A stretch of 64,000 nt of DNA from Desulfosoma sp. (GTDB taxonomy: Bacteria > Desulfobacterota > Syntrophobacteria > Syntrophobacterales > DSM-9756), in assembly GCA_037481835.1 (NCBI GenBank), contig JBBFKW010000007.1, positions 1-64,000 of the forward strand. Reading direction: 5' to 3'. Below, in pieces: positions 28,464 through 37,900 of the stretch (the first letter of the stretch is position 1; each line of letters starts with the position of its first letter). The position numbers and the translations under genes were made by a program. A model generated the notes under the pieces. The model was given only the letters and a program-made list of their open reading frames with translations. It was not told the origin of the DNA and searched no databases.

Positions 28464-31400
28464 ATGGGTGAGACTCTTTTCCCTTGGATGCCCCACTTTC
28501 CCCTGTCTTTCCAAGTTCCAGACCGTCGCCTTCCCTTGGGGGGAGCGGCTTGGCCTGTACGCATAAGCGGCGACGGCATCGGGGCCTGGATGGAGACCTC
28601 TCGAGGTCGATATCGGATCGTTTCCGAAGAATGGCTTGCGGCCGGAATGCGCCTGGGATTGCTGGGCGCCCGTTTCGCCCAGGACGGGTTTGATCAAGAA
28701 GCCGTGCCGCCGGAGGCGGCATCTCTATGGCGGGAGCACCTCACGGACGGCCGGTTCTATGCCCTGATCGTCCATCCACCCCAGGAACCCGAAGCCGCTT
28801 TCGCCGCCGCAGTTTTTCTTCAGGATCCCGGTGGCGATTACACCCTCATGGAGACGCCTCTCCAAGGCGCGGATCTTTTTCCTTATCTTCTCGCCTTCGC
28901 ACAGGTTGTGGGCCTGCGCGTCCAGGATCCGGCACGATTCGACGATTACGGGGATTTTATGGTCCTCGGCGGCCACAACATCGTGGAACGGCACAGCACG
29001 GACAAGCGGGTGCGGTATTTATCCCGCAAGGTGCGCGTGGATGATGCCCAATGCACCCAGTGCCTTCACTGCGTGGGTTTGTGCCATGAGATGCGAACCG
29101 CCGTTACCCCTGCGGGCGTGGAGCTCCTCGGACCGGCGGAAGACCACTGCACCCATTGCGGATTGTGCCGCATGCGTTGCCCGTATCTCCTTTCCGTGCC
29201 GCACACGGAAGCCGCAGGGAGGGACGGATCGCGCCGAGCCCTGCTGGAACTAGGCGCCGGCGTCAAGCTTTACAGCAAACATGCCGCCGACTGGGCTGAA
29301 TGGTTGGAATTCCTGGAGGATTCACCCCCCCGGGGCTGGCCTTACACCGTGCATCCCGTCTTTTCCAGGGATGAGGCCGACGGCGGCATGCCCAGCCCTG
29401 GAACCCGACAAAAAATCCTGACGCCTCAAAGGCCGGAAGGGTTTCCCGGGGCGCTACCGGAAAAGGGCTTGGTCGTCACCTTGTTTTCTCACGCGGATGC
29501 GCTTCAGTGCCTCATCCGGCCGCGAGTCGTGGCCGGGCTGTTGTGTTCGACGGAACACGGCCGGGTGGAGCGGGACATCTTTGAAGCGGCTTTGGCGGCG
29601 GGGTTGGAAATCCGAGGGGCCGGGCTTTTCGAAACGTCCATCGTGGACGAAGAGGCTGGAGGCGGTCTTGCCGCTCAATCCGTCCGCGTTCGGGTTCCGG
29701 CAAACGATTTTACACGTTTTCTCAAAAAACTCGGGCTGTGGGACGGTCGCTCCATCGCCCGGTTATGGCGGGAAAACACCGTCGATCTCATCCTTGCCCC
29801 TCGGCAGGACGATGTGCCTGTAAGCGTCCAAAGGGAGGTGCTACGCGAAATCGGCCGGGAAGCCCTCATTCTGGCCCCCCATGTGCCCCAAAAACAGCCT
29901 GTGACCAAAAGCCCGCTTTTGAACGACGTGGTACGGCGCCTCCAAGACATCTTCCATCGGCATCCCGAGCTGTTACAGGCTGAATCGGAGACTGCCCGCA
30001 GACTTCTCGACGGTCTTCCTCGATCCGCCGCGCAGCTCCACGCCCGGTACGGCCCCATGGCGTTCGCCGGCGGGCATTCGGCGTGCCCCTCGTGTGCCGA
30101 AGCGCAAGTTTTGGCCGTTCCCGTGGCCATGGCCACGGCCATGAGTCTGGCGCGGGGCGAGGTGCCTCAAGTGGCCTTCACGTGCGAAACGGGATGCATG
30201 AGCGAAACCCTGAACAAGATGACGGAGACGGCCCAAAAAGTCCCCGGAGGTCGCACCGTTTTCGGAGGCGGGTTTGCCTTCGGCGAGGCCATGACCCAGG
30301 TGTTCGACCGAGCGGTGCGCATGGGATTGCTCAGGAAGGGCCGCCGTTACGTGGTGAGTCAAGGGGGCGACGGCGGGGCCGTGATCGGCCTTCCCGCATG
30401 GCTGAACGCATTGCGTCAGCAGGCTTTCCTCATTCGACAGCGATGGGCCAACGCGCTGCACTTCATCACCATTACCGACACCCAGGTCTATTCCAACACG
30501 GGCGGCGAAAGTTCCGCGACGTCCCTCCTGGGCATGGGGACCCTCACCACGCCCATTGGTAAGTTCCTCATGGGCAACCAGAAAATTCAGTGGGCGCTCA
30601 TCAATTTGGCCGCCGAATTCCCCGGTGTTCTGGTAGGGATGGGACACAGCGCCGATCGGGCGTCCATCCAGGAATTCTGGCTGCTCGCCGACCGGTTGGG
30701 ACAATCGGCCATCCGCTGGGATGTGACGCCGTGCCCGGAAACGGGCAAATTTTTCGGGCAGGATCCCGACGACTACGCCCGGATCATGGCCCATGCGGGC
30801 ATGCTGCCTCAGGTGGTCTTCTACGGCCGATATCGAAAACGGGTCGCCCCCTATCATCCGCAAGACCGAGGGAAACCTTTCGACGAATGGCGCAAGGATC
30901 CCAAACCCTTGCTCTATTGGGTGTCCCGGGATCAGCGCTACAAGGCCATGCTCGTCAAGGATCCGACCACCGGTGAATGGGTCCCTCGGAACGCCGCGGC
31001 CCGGTTTCTCATCATGCAGTTGGAAACCTACCGGGATCAGATGAACTGGCAGATCGACTTGGAAACCCGGCTGATTCTTCAGGCGGAAAAACGGGTCCAG
31101 GAGTTCCTCGGCGCCTTGCGGACCCGATGGGAATCGTCCCGGCACAGCGGGGCGGCGTTTCCCTACGCCGTGCTTTTCGACGAGCAGGGGCATCTCAAGC
31201 CGCACTTCGCCTACAGTTTGGAACGGGAGATGGTCCTGCGGCTCTTGGGCCAGGAAGCGGGGGTGCGGTACGCTGATCTTCGCGATGCCTTCCAGGACGA
31301 AGAGGAAAAGCGATGGCAGGCGGTCCTTCGGGCTTTGGAAACTCTGGAAGCGTTTGAAGCCGGCCTGGAACCCTTCGGCGACGATGAAGAGCGACTCATC

Positions 31401-34400
31401 CGGTTGCGCACGGAGGCCCGCGAGGCCTTGGATCAGGTGCAAAAAGCCTACGGCAGGCTGCGGGATGCGGTCACGGCCCTTTGGGCATCCGATCCCGTCG
31501 GTAAAGAACTGCTGGGAACCGGAGACGACTCCAACGCCGGTGCCGACGAGGCCTCCGCGGGGCCGCTCTTCGGCATCCTCGATCGCATCCTGGAAGAAAG
31601 GACCCTGGCCGCATGGACGGAACTTCAGCAGTATCGACTTTCCCAGCGCCTCAGAAGGGATTTTCTCCAAACCGGCGGCCTTATCCGCGTGCACCACGTG
31701 CAGGCCGAATTCCGGGAACGGGAAGCGCTCCGGCAATCCGTGTCCCGGCTTGGACCGTTTTCCATCGCCGTGGCGAGCTTGGCCGGCGATAGAGGGATTG
31801 CCATCAACCGGGTTTTCGCGCAGTTTCTCACCGCCAAGGGCTGTTGGGCCGGCATGGCCTGGCAGTTCGGCTCCTCCAAAAGAGGCACCCCCGTCCTGTC
31901 GGCGACTTTCGTGGACAGCCGCCCGCTGGAACGCAAAGATGCCATGTTTTCCTTTTCGACTCTTGTGGTGGCGGTGACCAACTTCGAAGAGATGAAAAGA
32001 GACCCGGATTTGCTTTTCGGGTCCCTGAGGGTCGGCGGCACCGTCATCGTCAATCATTGGGAGGATCCGGAACGGCTCTGGCGGGATGTGGTGCGTTTCT
32101 GCCCGGAAAACATCCGGCCCGTCGTCACCGTGGTGCGCGATCGGGCCTATAAGGACGGCGGCTGGACGCCGGAGCGGCTGGAACGGGAACTGGATGAAGC
32201 TTTGGAATCCCTGGGTGTTCGCCCTGGATCCCGAGAAAGTGATCGAATCCGAACCTTGTGCCGGGCTTTGATTTCGTGCCGGATGGTCACGGTGGATATG
32301 GACGGCATCATGGAGCGGGTTTCCGGCCGGCCGGGAATGGTGTCCAACCTTGTGGCCGTTTCCCCCATCTTGGACGCCTTGAGCGCAGCCGGCCTCCCCT
32401 TCGACTGGGCACAGGACAAAGATGCGCTCGTCCAAGGCTTTCCCGATGCGGTTCTGAAAAATCCCAAGCTCCTCGGCCTCTATCGGGAAGCCATGGAAAG
32501 GGCTCGTCGCGAACGCCGCGAGTGGCCGTCCCCCGTTGCAGGAAATGGTGCCGGCAAAAGCGATTTCGGGGAAGCATCCGCGGGAGCCACACCGGCCTTT
32601 CCCGCTGGGCAAAGCCGGGGGTGCGCGGAAGATCCCGGGGATGCGCTCATGATCATGGGTGGCACATTGGCGGGGATGGTTCTCTCCCAGATCGCCCTGC
32701 CGGAACACCCGCTTTTTTACGTGGGATTCCCCATCACGCCCGCGGGCAATCCCTTCTATGCCATGGCGGAAGCTTTTGCCAACGGGCACCCTTATATCGT
32801 GGTCGATGAGCTGAACCCGTCGGAAAAAGTGGCCGCGGAAAAGCTCTTGGGAGTGGCCCGAACGGGACTGTTTCTCCCCGTGACGTTTACGGCTTCCCAG
32901 GGCTGGCGGCTTTTTACTGAAATCATCCCGCAGTTCGTCGGCGCTCGCTTGGAAGGTCTCTTTCTTTTGACAAAGAGGGCCCTTGCGGCGCCTAACCTCA
33001 ACATCGAGGAAAGCCATACCGATTTCATGACCTTTAGGGACGACGGCGGGATCATGCTGGCCCCCAAGAGCATTCAGGAATACGTCCCCTGTTTGTACCT
33101 GGCTCGGCTGCTCACTCACTTCGCCAAGCTCCCCGTCGTTCTTTCCATCGGCGGCATCACGGACACGCACAAGATCGGCCTGACCCGGGTGCCGCCCGAC
33201 ATCGTGGTGCGCCGCTGGCTTACGGAGACGCTGCAGGGATTCGATTTCTTGGAAGGGCGGATCGTCAATCCATCCGGCCACCGGGTGGTGCACGGTCCCA
33301 GCTGCACCGCCGCCACGTACCAGGAAACCCAAAGCGAAGTGGAAAAAGCCCACGCCATGGTGTGCCGGGTGTGGCCCTATGCGGTGGAAGCCGTGCGCCG
33401 GCTGACCGGGGTGGCTTTGAACCCGCTGGAAGTGCGGGTGGCCGGAACGGCCATGGAAGAAGCCGTCCCAGAGAGCGCTTCCTCCGTCGAAACTCTGCTC
33501 ATGCTCCAAGGCTCTCTCTTCCCCAACGCCGTGGAAGCTTTGCAGGAATTGGAAGAAGAAGGCTGGCGGGCAATGGGCTGCGTGTCCGTGCGGCTCATGA
33601 ACCCCTTCCCCGAAGAAGAGATCCAACATTGGATCGGCGGTCTCAGGGCTTTGGCGGTTTTGGATCGATCCAACAGTTTCGGGTCCGTCCCGCCGCTGGC
33701 TTCCCGCATTTTCAACGCGTGCGCCCGTCGCCGAAAGGATGGATCCAGAGCCGGGCCGATCGTTTTGAGAACTCTTGTGGGAGGTTTGGGCGGCCGGGAA
33801 ATCACCGTGCCGGAAATGAAAGCTCTGATCCTTTCCACCCATCTTCTTTTCAGTCCATGGGAACCCTGGGAAGGTGAAGCCCTGGGACGATGGGTAGAGG
33901 AAGACGGCGCGCTTCGGGATTGGATCGAAGAATTGGCTGCTTTGGAGATGCGAGCTCTGGAACGGCATACACGGGTACCGAAGCCTGTCAAGGCCCAGGG
34001 GCCGGATGGAGATCTGTTCTTCAAAGAGCGGATCCGCCGCCAGATTGTCCAACGGGACTATGTGGGCCTGCTCGCCCACTACAACCAGGTGGAATTCGTG
34101 GCGCCGAGAGAAGTTTACGGAGAGACGGCCCTGAGGCAGCAGCTGGTCATCGAGCTGGAAAAGCGCCTCGCTCGGCTGGCCGCCGAAAGCGGCCGCCGTG
34201 ACTGGCGCCGTGCCTTGGTGCTCCTGCACTACGGGACTTCGGAGGAGGATCGCGAAAGAGCGCGAATCTTGCTTTCGGGATTGACCGAGGCCCCCTTTGC
34301 AGGGCGACTGCTGCGTCGCTACGGCCTGGACGGTGATGAGAGAGGAGGGCCCGTCGCGGCCCAAGCCCGCCCAATGGACCTTTCCTCGGGTGCGCCCGCC

Positions 34401-34952
34401 GTCCCGTGGACGTGCCTCCTTGAAGAGGAAGAAAGAAAGGCCGAAGCGCTTCCCGCCGTGGCCTACGAGGCGGAAGAAGCCGAGCGCATCGAAAGAGCGA
34501 TTCGGAACCTTGTGGATCTTTCGAGCAGGCGGCCGCTGTTCCTCAACCCCGAAGACTACGATCGTCTCCTCCTGGAAGCCCTGGCTCACGAGGCGGATTC
34601 CCAGTGGGCCCGGATCGTGACGGCCTCGGGGGAACCCTCGGCTTCCCAGCAGGAAGGATACCTGTGGACCTATCGGGATGTGATCGATCGATGCCTGCAC
34701 CGCGAAGTTCTGGGGAAATTTTACGCTCCGGAAATTGAAGAGCTTTTCGACGGGCAGGGCCGGGATGGGCTTAGAAAACTTTTCGAAAGCCTCGAACCGT
34801 CCCTGGCCTTGGAAGAAAAGAAAAGGATCGTGGAAGAGCATTTGCGGCGCCGCATGTCCACTGAATGGACCAAGTCCCATGATTTTTATCTGGAAGTTTT
34901 CCGAACTTGGGTGTGGCCCGAAATCAGCGGACAGGGCGCAATGGGCACATAG
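28464..34952 (+). CDS. Giant single-chain 2-oxoacid:ferredoxin oxidoreductase (PFOR/OFOR family), domain order ferredoxin-beta-gamma-alpha, with unknown extra domains
   Basis: AAGGAGG RBS. Ferredoxin CTQCLHCVGLC and CTHCGLCRMRCP (~29052-29185). Beta HSACPSC, TGC, GGDGG, DTQVYSNTGG, TPCP (~30070-30740). Gamma SLAGDRG, FGSSKRG (~31780-31890). Alpha FPITP, SE, TASQG, RALAAP..HTD, DRS, GGLGGR (~32720-33800). Confidence 0.88.
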   Translation: MGETLFPWMPHFPLSFQVPDRRLPLGGAAWPVRISGDGIGAWMETSRGRYRIVSEEWLAAGMRLGLLGARFAQDGFDQEAVPPEAASLWREHLTDGRFYALIVHPPQEPEAAFAAAVFLQDPGGDYTLMETPLQGADLFPYLLAFAQVVGLRVQDPARFDDYGDFMVLGGHNIVERHSTDKRVRYLSRKVRVDDAQCTQCLHCVGLCHEMRTAVTPAGVELLGPAEDHCTHCGLCRMRCPYLLSVPHTEAAGRDGSRRALLELGAGVKLYSKHAADWAEWLEFLEDSPPRGWPYTVHPVFSRDEADGGMPSPGTRQKILTPQRPEGFPGALPEKGLVVTLFSHADALQCLIRPRVVAGLLCSTEHGRVERDIFEAALAAGLEIRGAGLFETSIVDEEAGGGLAAQSVRVRVPANDFTRFLKKLGLWDGRSIARLWRENTVDLILAPRQDDVPVSVQREVLREIGREALILAPHVPQKQPVTKSPLLNDVVRRLQDIFHRHPELLQAESETARRLLDGLPRSAAQLHARYGPMAFAGGHSACPSCAEAQVLAVPVAMATAMSLARGEVPQVAFTCETGCMSETLNKMTETAQKVPGGRTVFGGGFAFGEAMTQVFDRAVRMGLLRKGRRYVVSQGGDGGAVIGLPAWLNALRQQAFLIRQRWANALHFITITDTQVYSNTGGESSATSLLGMGTLTTPIGKFLMGNQKIQWALINLAAEFPGVLVGMGHSADRASIQEFWLLADRLGQSAIRWDVTPCPETGKFFGQDPDDYARIMAHAGMLPQVVFYGRYRKRVAPYHPQDRGKPFDEWRKDPKPLLYWVSRDQRYKAMLVKDPTTGEWVPRNAAARFLIMQLETYRDQMNWQIDLETRLILQAEKRVQEFLGALRTRWESSRHSGAAFPYAVLFDEQGHLKPHFAYSLEREMVLRLLGQEAGVRYADLRDAFQDEEEKRWQAVLRALETLEAFEAGLEPFGDDEERLIRLRTEAREALDQVQKAYGRLRDAVTALWASDPVGKELLGTGDDSNAGADEASAGPLFGILDRILEERTLAAWTELQQYRLSQRLRRDFLQTGGLIRVHHVQAEFREREALRQSVSRLGPFSIAVASLAGDRGIAINRVFAQFLTAKGCWAGMAWQFGSSKRGTPVLSATFVDSRPLERKDAMFSFSTLVVAVTNFEEMKRDPDLLFGSLRVGGTVIVNHWEDPERLWRDVVRFCPENIRPVVTVVRDRAYKDGGWTPERLERELDEALESLGVRPGSRESDRIRTLCRALISCRMVTVDMDGIMERVSGRPGMVSNLVAVSPILDALSAAGLPFDWAQDKDALVQGFPDAVLKNPKLLGLYREAMERARRERREWPSPVAGNGAGKSDFGEASAGATPAFPAGQSRGCAEDPGDALMIMGGTLAGMVLSQIALPEHPLFYVGFPITPAGNPFYAMAEAFANGHPYIVVDELNPSEKVAAEKLLGVARTGLFLPVTFTASQGWRLFTEIIPQFVGARLEGLFLLTKRALAAPNLNIEESHTDFMTFRDDGGIMLAPKSIQEYVPCLYLARLLTHFAKLPVVLSIGGITDTHKIGLTRVPPDIVVRRWLTETLQGFDFLEGRIVNPSGHRVVHGPSCTAATYQETQSEVEKAHAMVCRVWPYAVEAVRRLTGVALNPLEVRVAGTAMEEAVPESASSVETLLMLQGSLFPNAVEALQELEEEGWRAMGCVSVRLMNPFPEEEIQHWIGGLRALAVLDRSNSFGSVPPLASRIFNACARRRKDGSRAGPIVLRTLVGGLGGREITVPEMKALILSTHLLFSPWEPWEGEALGRWVEEDGALRDWIEELAALEMRALERHTRVPKPVKAQGPDGDLFFKERIRRQIVQRDYVGLLAHYNQVEFVAPREVYGETALRQQLVIELEKRLARLAAESGRRDWRRALVLLHYGTSEEDRERARILLSGLTEAPFAGRLLRRYGLDGDERGGPVAAQARPMDLSSGAPAVPWTCLLEEEERKAEALPAVAYEAEEAERIERAIRNLVDLSSRRPLFLNPEDYDRLLLEALAHEADSQWARIVTASGEPSASQQEGYLWTYRDVIDRCLHREVLGKFYAPEIEELFDGQGRDGLRKLFESLEPSLALEEKKRIVEEHLRRRMSTEWTKSHDFYLEVFRTWVWPEISGQGAMGT

Positions 34953-34966
34953 GACGGGGGGCGACC

Positions 34967-37900
34967 ATGGGCATGGAAGGACTCAGCTCGCAGTATTCCC
35001 TGGAACAATTCTATGCGGAGCTTTCCACAGACCAGGAACGAGCCTTTCACAAGACGGCGCGAGACGTCACCGCGGCTTTGGCCGAACGCTTCCGGTTCCG
35101 GGATGCCGTTCGGGACGTGCACAACGCTGTGGAACAAGCTCTCGTCGCCCTGCGAAAAATCGACATGGCTTGGGACAGCGCCCCCGAAGGGGCGTGCCTG
35201 CGGGTTTTTCGCAGGAAATGGTTCGAGGCGGCGCCTCTTGTGGAACATGTCCGACGTGTGGGTTTTTTTTCAACACACCCCGTGGATCTTCTCCCCTGGG
35301 TCCGATGGTTCCTCCTTGTGGAAAACTACCATCGGACGGACCCTGTCCACCACGACCGCCGGTTGGACCGCCTGCGCTTCCTCAAGACCGAAAATCCCCA
35401 CGCCCCGTGCATCAGCCACGAAGATGTGCTTCTGTGGCTCGAACACCAGCTTCTTGTCCACGAACGCGAGCCCTTGTCCGCGATCGCTGAAAAATGCGCC
35501 GAGCAGCTCCGAAACCGGTTGGATGAAACCCTCAGGCCCCACACGGCCCTCGATGCTTTCTTTTTCGTCCTGTTGCGATGCCACCAGTTTTGTCTGGCTG
35601 AAACCATGACCGAAGACGATGCGAGGCGTCTTCAAACCGTCCTGGGATGGCGCCGGTTCCTCTCTCTGACGGATCTCATGCTCGTGGTCATCCATCGGGT
35701 CCTCGATCGGGAACCTTTGCCGGACGCCGTGACGGTTCTCGATGAGCTGATGGCGGATGGGTTCCAGATTCGCCATGCGAGCTTCAAAGACCCGTACGAA
35801 GCGGATGTGGTGGCCGCGGAAGATACGGCCCGCTTCGATGAGACGACGATCCGGCTGTTCGCATCGGTGGATAAGCTTCACGGCATTTTGGAAAGAGATT
35901 GCGCGGCGGTCTTCCAAGAATGGCAGGCTCGGCGGGGAAAGGTTTTGGACGAGCTTGAGGAGGAGATTTGCGAGCTGAGGGAGATGATCGCCAACCCGCT
36001 GCCTCGAAAACACCTCATCGGCCGAACCATTCGATTGCTAACGTCCTGGTGCTTGGCTCACGGGAAGCCGGGTGACGAGGCCTGGGAAAACATGTCGTCC
36101 GAAGAAGGCCTTAGAGCGCTCGTCGATCGGGTTCGGGCGTCTTTTCCCGAAGGGGTTCTCAAGGCTTTGGTGCGCCAGCGGCGCGGGTATGAATTGACCA
36201 CTCGAAAAGAGCTGGCCCTTCGGATCGAAAGGGAATGCCGCCTGCAGTGGGAAAGTTTTCGAAAAGAGCCGGGTTCTCGAGCCTACGGGGAGGTTGATTT
36301 CCGGATTGCTGAGCGCGTTCGGGCCTTGGCTTCGGGGCCGGTCCCACCGGAAAAGGGTGATGCGGACGCACTCAAGGTCGAAACCCTTGCCGGCTTGGCC
36401 GACCTAATCCGGCGGCGCAAGATTTCCGATGAGGCGGTTTCGTCGTCGTTATGCTTGGGATTGGACGTGTTTTTCCCCACCATGGGAACGCCTTTGGAAT
36501 TTGTGGAAAGCCTAAGAGACTTGGTACCTTACGAAGAATTGTGCAACCGCGCTCCGTCGGCGCAAAAGGGCGGACCGGAGGAGGCTGTGGCCTTGTACGA
36601 GAGAACCCTGGCCCGTTTTGCCGGGGCGTTCTACCGATTCGTTGTTGCCCAGGGCAAGAAGGAGGCCGGCCTGCCGCTTGAGCTTTCTTTAAGCGAAATT
36701 CCTGAACTGGCGGCGGTGATGGTCCCTCCGTGGGGTGCCCTGACCGAGGGGTTGCTGCGCAGTGCCGTCCGTAAATTTCAGCATCAATCGGCGCCTCTTT
36801 ACCGCCGCCGGAAGAATCCCATCTGCTTGGATGAAGAAGAATTCGGCGTGCACCTGGCTCATTTCGTCATGTGCGAGCTCAAGGCCGATGTGAAGCACTC
36901 CGCCGAAACGGGGACCCTGGCTGCGGTGCGAAAAGCCGTGACGGAGGAAGCTCTTCGGGTCGTCGTTCCGGACCGCGTCCGAACCCTCACGAGCCCGGAA
37001 AGATTCCTACTTCAATGGGCGGGGATCTTGGACTCCCGGCAGGGCGCCGAAGAGCTGCAGAGAGCCGTGGCGGGGGCTCTTCCCGGCTTGGACTGCGGTG
37101 CGTGTGGGGAAAGCCGATGCGCCTCCTTTGCCCAGGGACTCCTCCAAGGGCGGCGTCGCATCCGCGAGTGCGTACATCTCAGCCCCGCGGGGCAGCGGCA
37201 CATCGAGGCCATGGTGCAGGAACATCTCTCCAAAGTCTCGCGAGGAAACGGTGTCGGATCGGCCTACGAACTTTTCCGGAATCCGGCCCTGTGGAGGCGT
37301 CTGCCGAAAGCGGACCCATTGAGGCGTTCGGTAGTCAAGGTGGTAGATGTGGGCCGACAAGAGGAGCGGCGTCGGGTCATGGATCACGCTTTCCGGAGCT
37401 GGCAGGGGCTCGATTCCAAGCCGGACGTTTACAAGAGGCCGGACCCGGAGGCTTTTTATCAAGCTCTTGTGGAAACCATCGGGTATGAGGCCACCGAAAG
37501 GATTCGCCCCGAGGAACGCCGGTGGTTGGCCGAGCACGGCCGAATCCGCCTGGAGAAGGAACTGGAAAAGCTGGAGAAGCGCACGGATTGGCTCACGCTG
37601 GAGCGGCTCCTCATTTCCGGCGGGCCTTCGAGCCTTGAGGCGGATCCCGAAACCCAAGCCCTGCGCGCCTATGAGGCGATGGCCTACCTGCATCAGCTGC
37701 ACGAGGACGACCGACGGCGCCTTTTGGTCCATCGCCTGGAAAGCTTCGAAGAGGGGTTTTCCCAGTGGTGGAATCAAGATCTCCTCACCATGAACCACCC
37801 CCGCTACCGGATCGATAACTGGGAAGAATTTTCCAAGGTCATCAAGAACGCCTTTTGGCATCAGGAAAATTTCCCGCCGCCCCGGCGTGTGGCGGAAGAG

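Noticed and set aside
29973..34880. 1635-aa minus-strand ORF
   Set aside because: Lies entirely antisense to the motif-rich OFOR gene and has no recognisable motifs; a shadow ORF typical of GC-rich coding DNA.
28464..34952. Oxalate oxidoreductase assignment
   Set aside because: The motif is FPITP, not the YPIRP of oxalate oxidoreductase.
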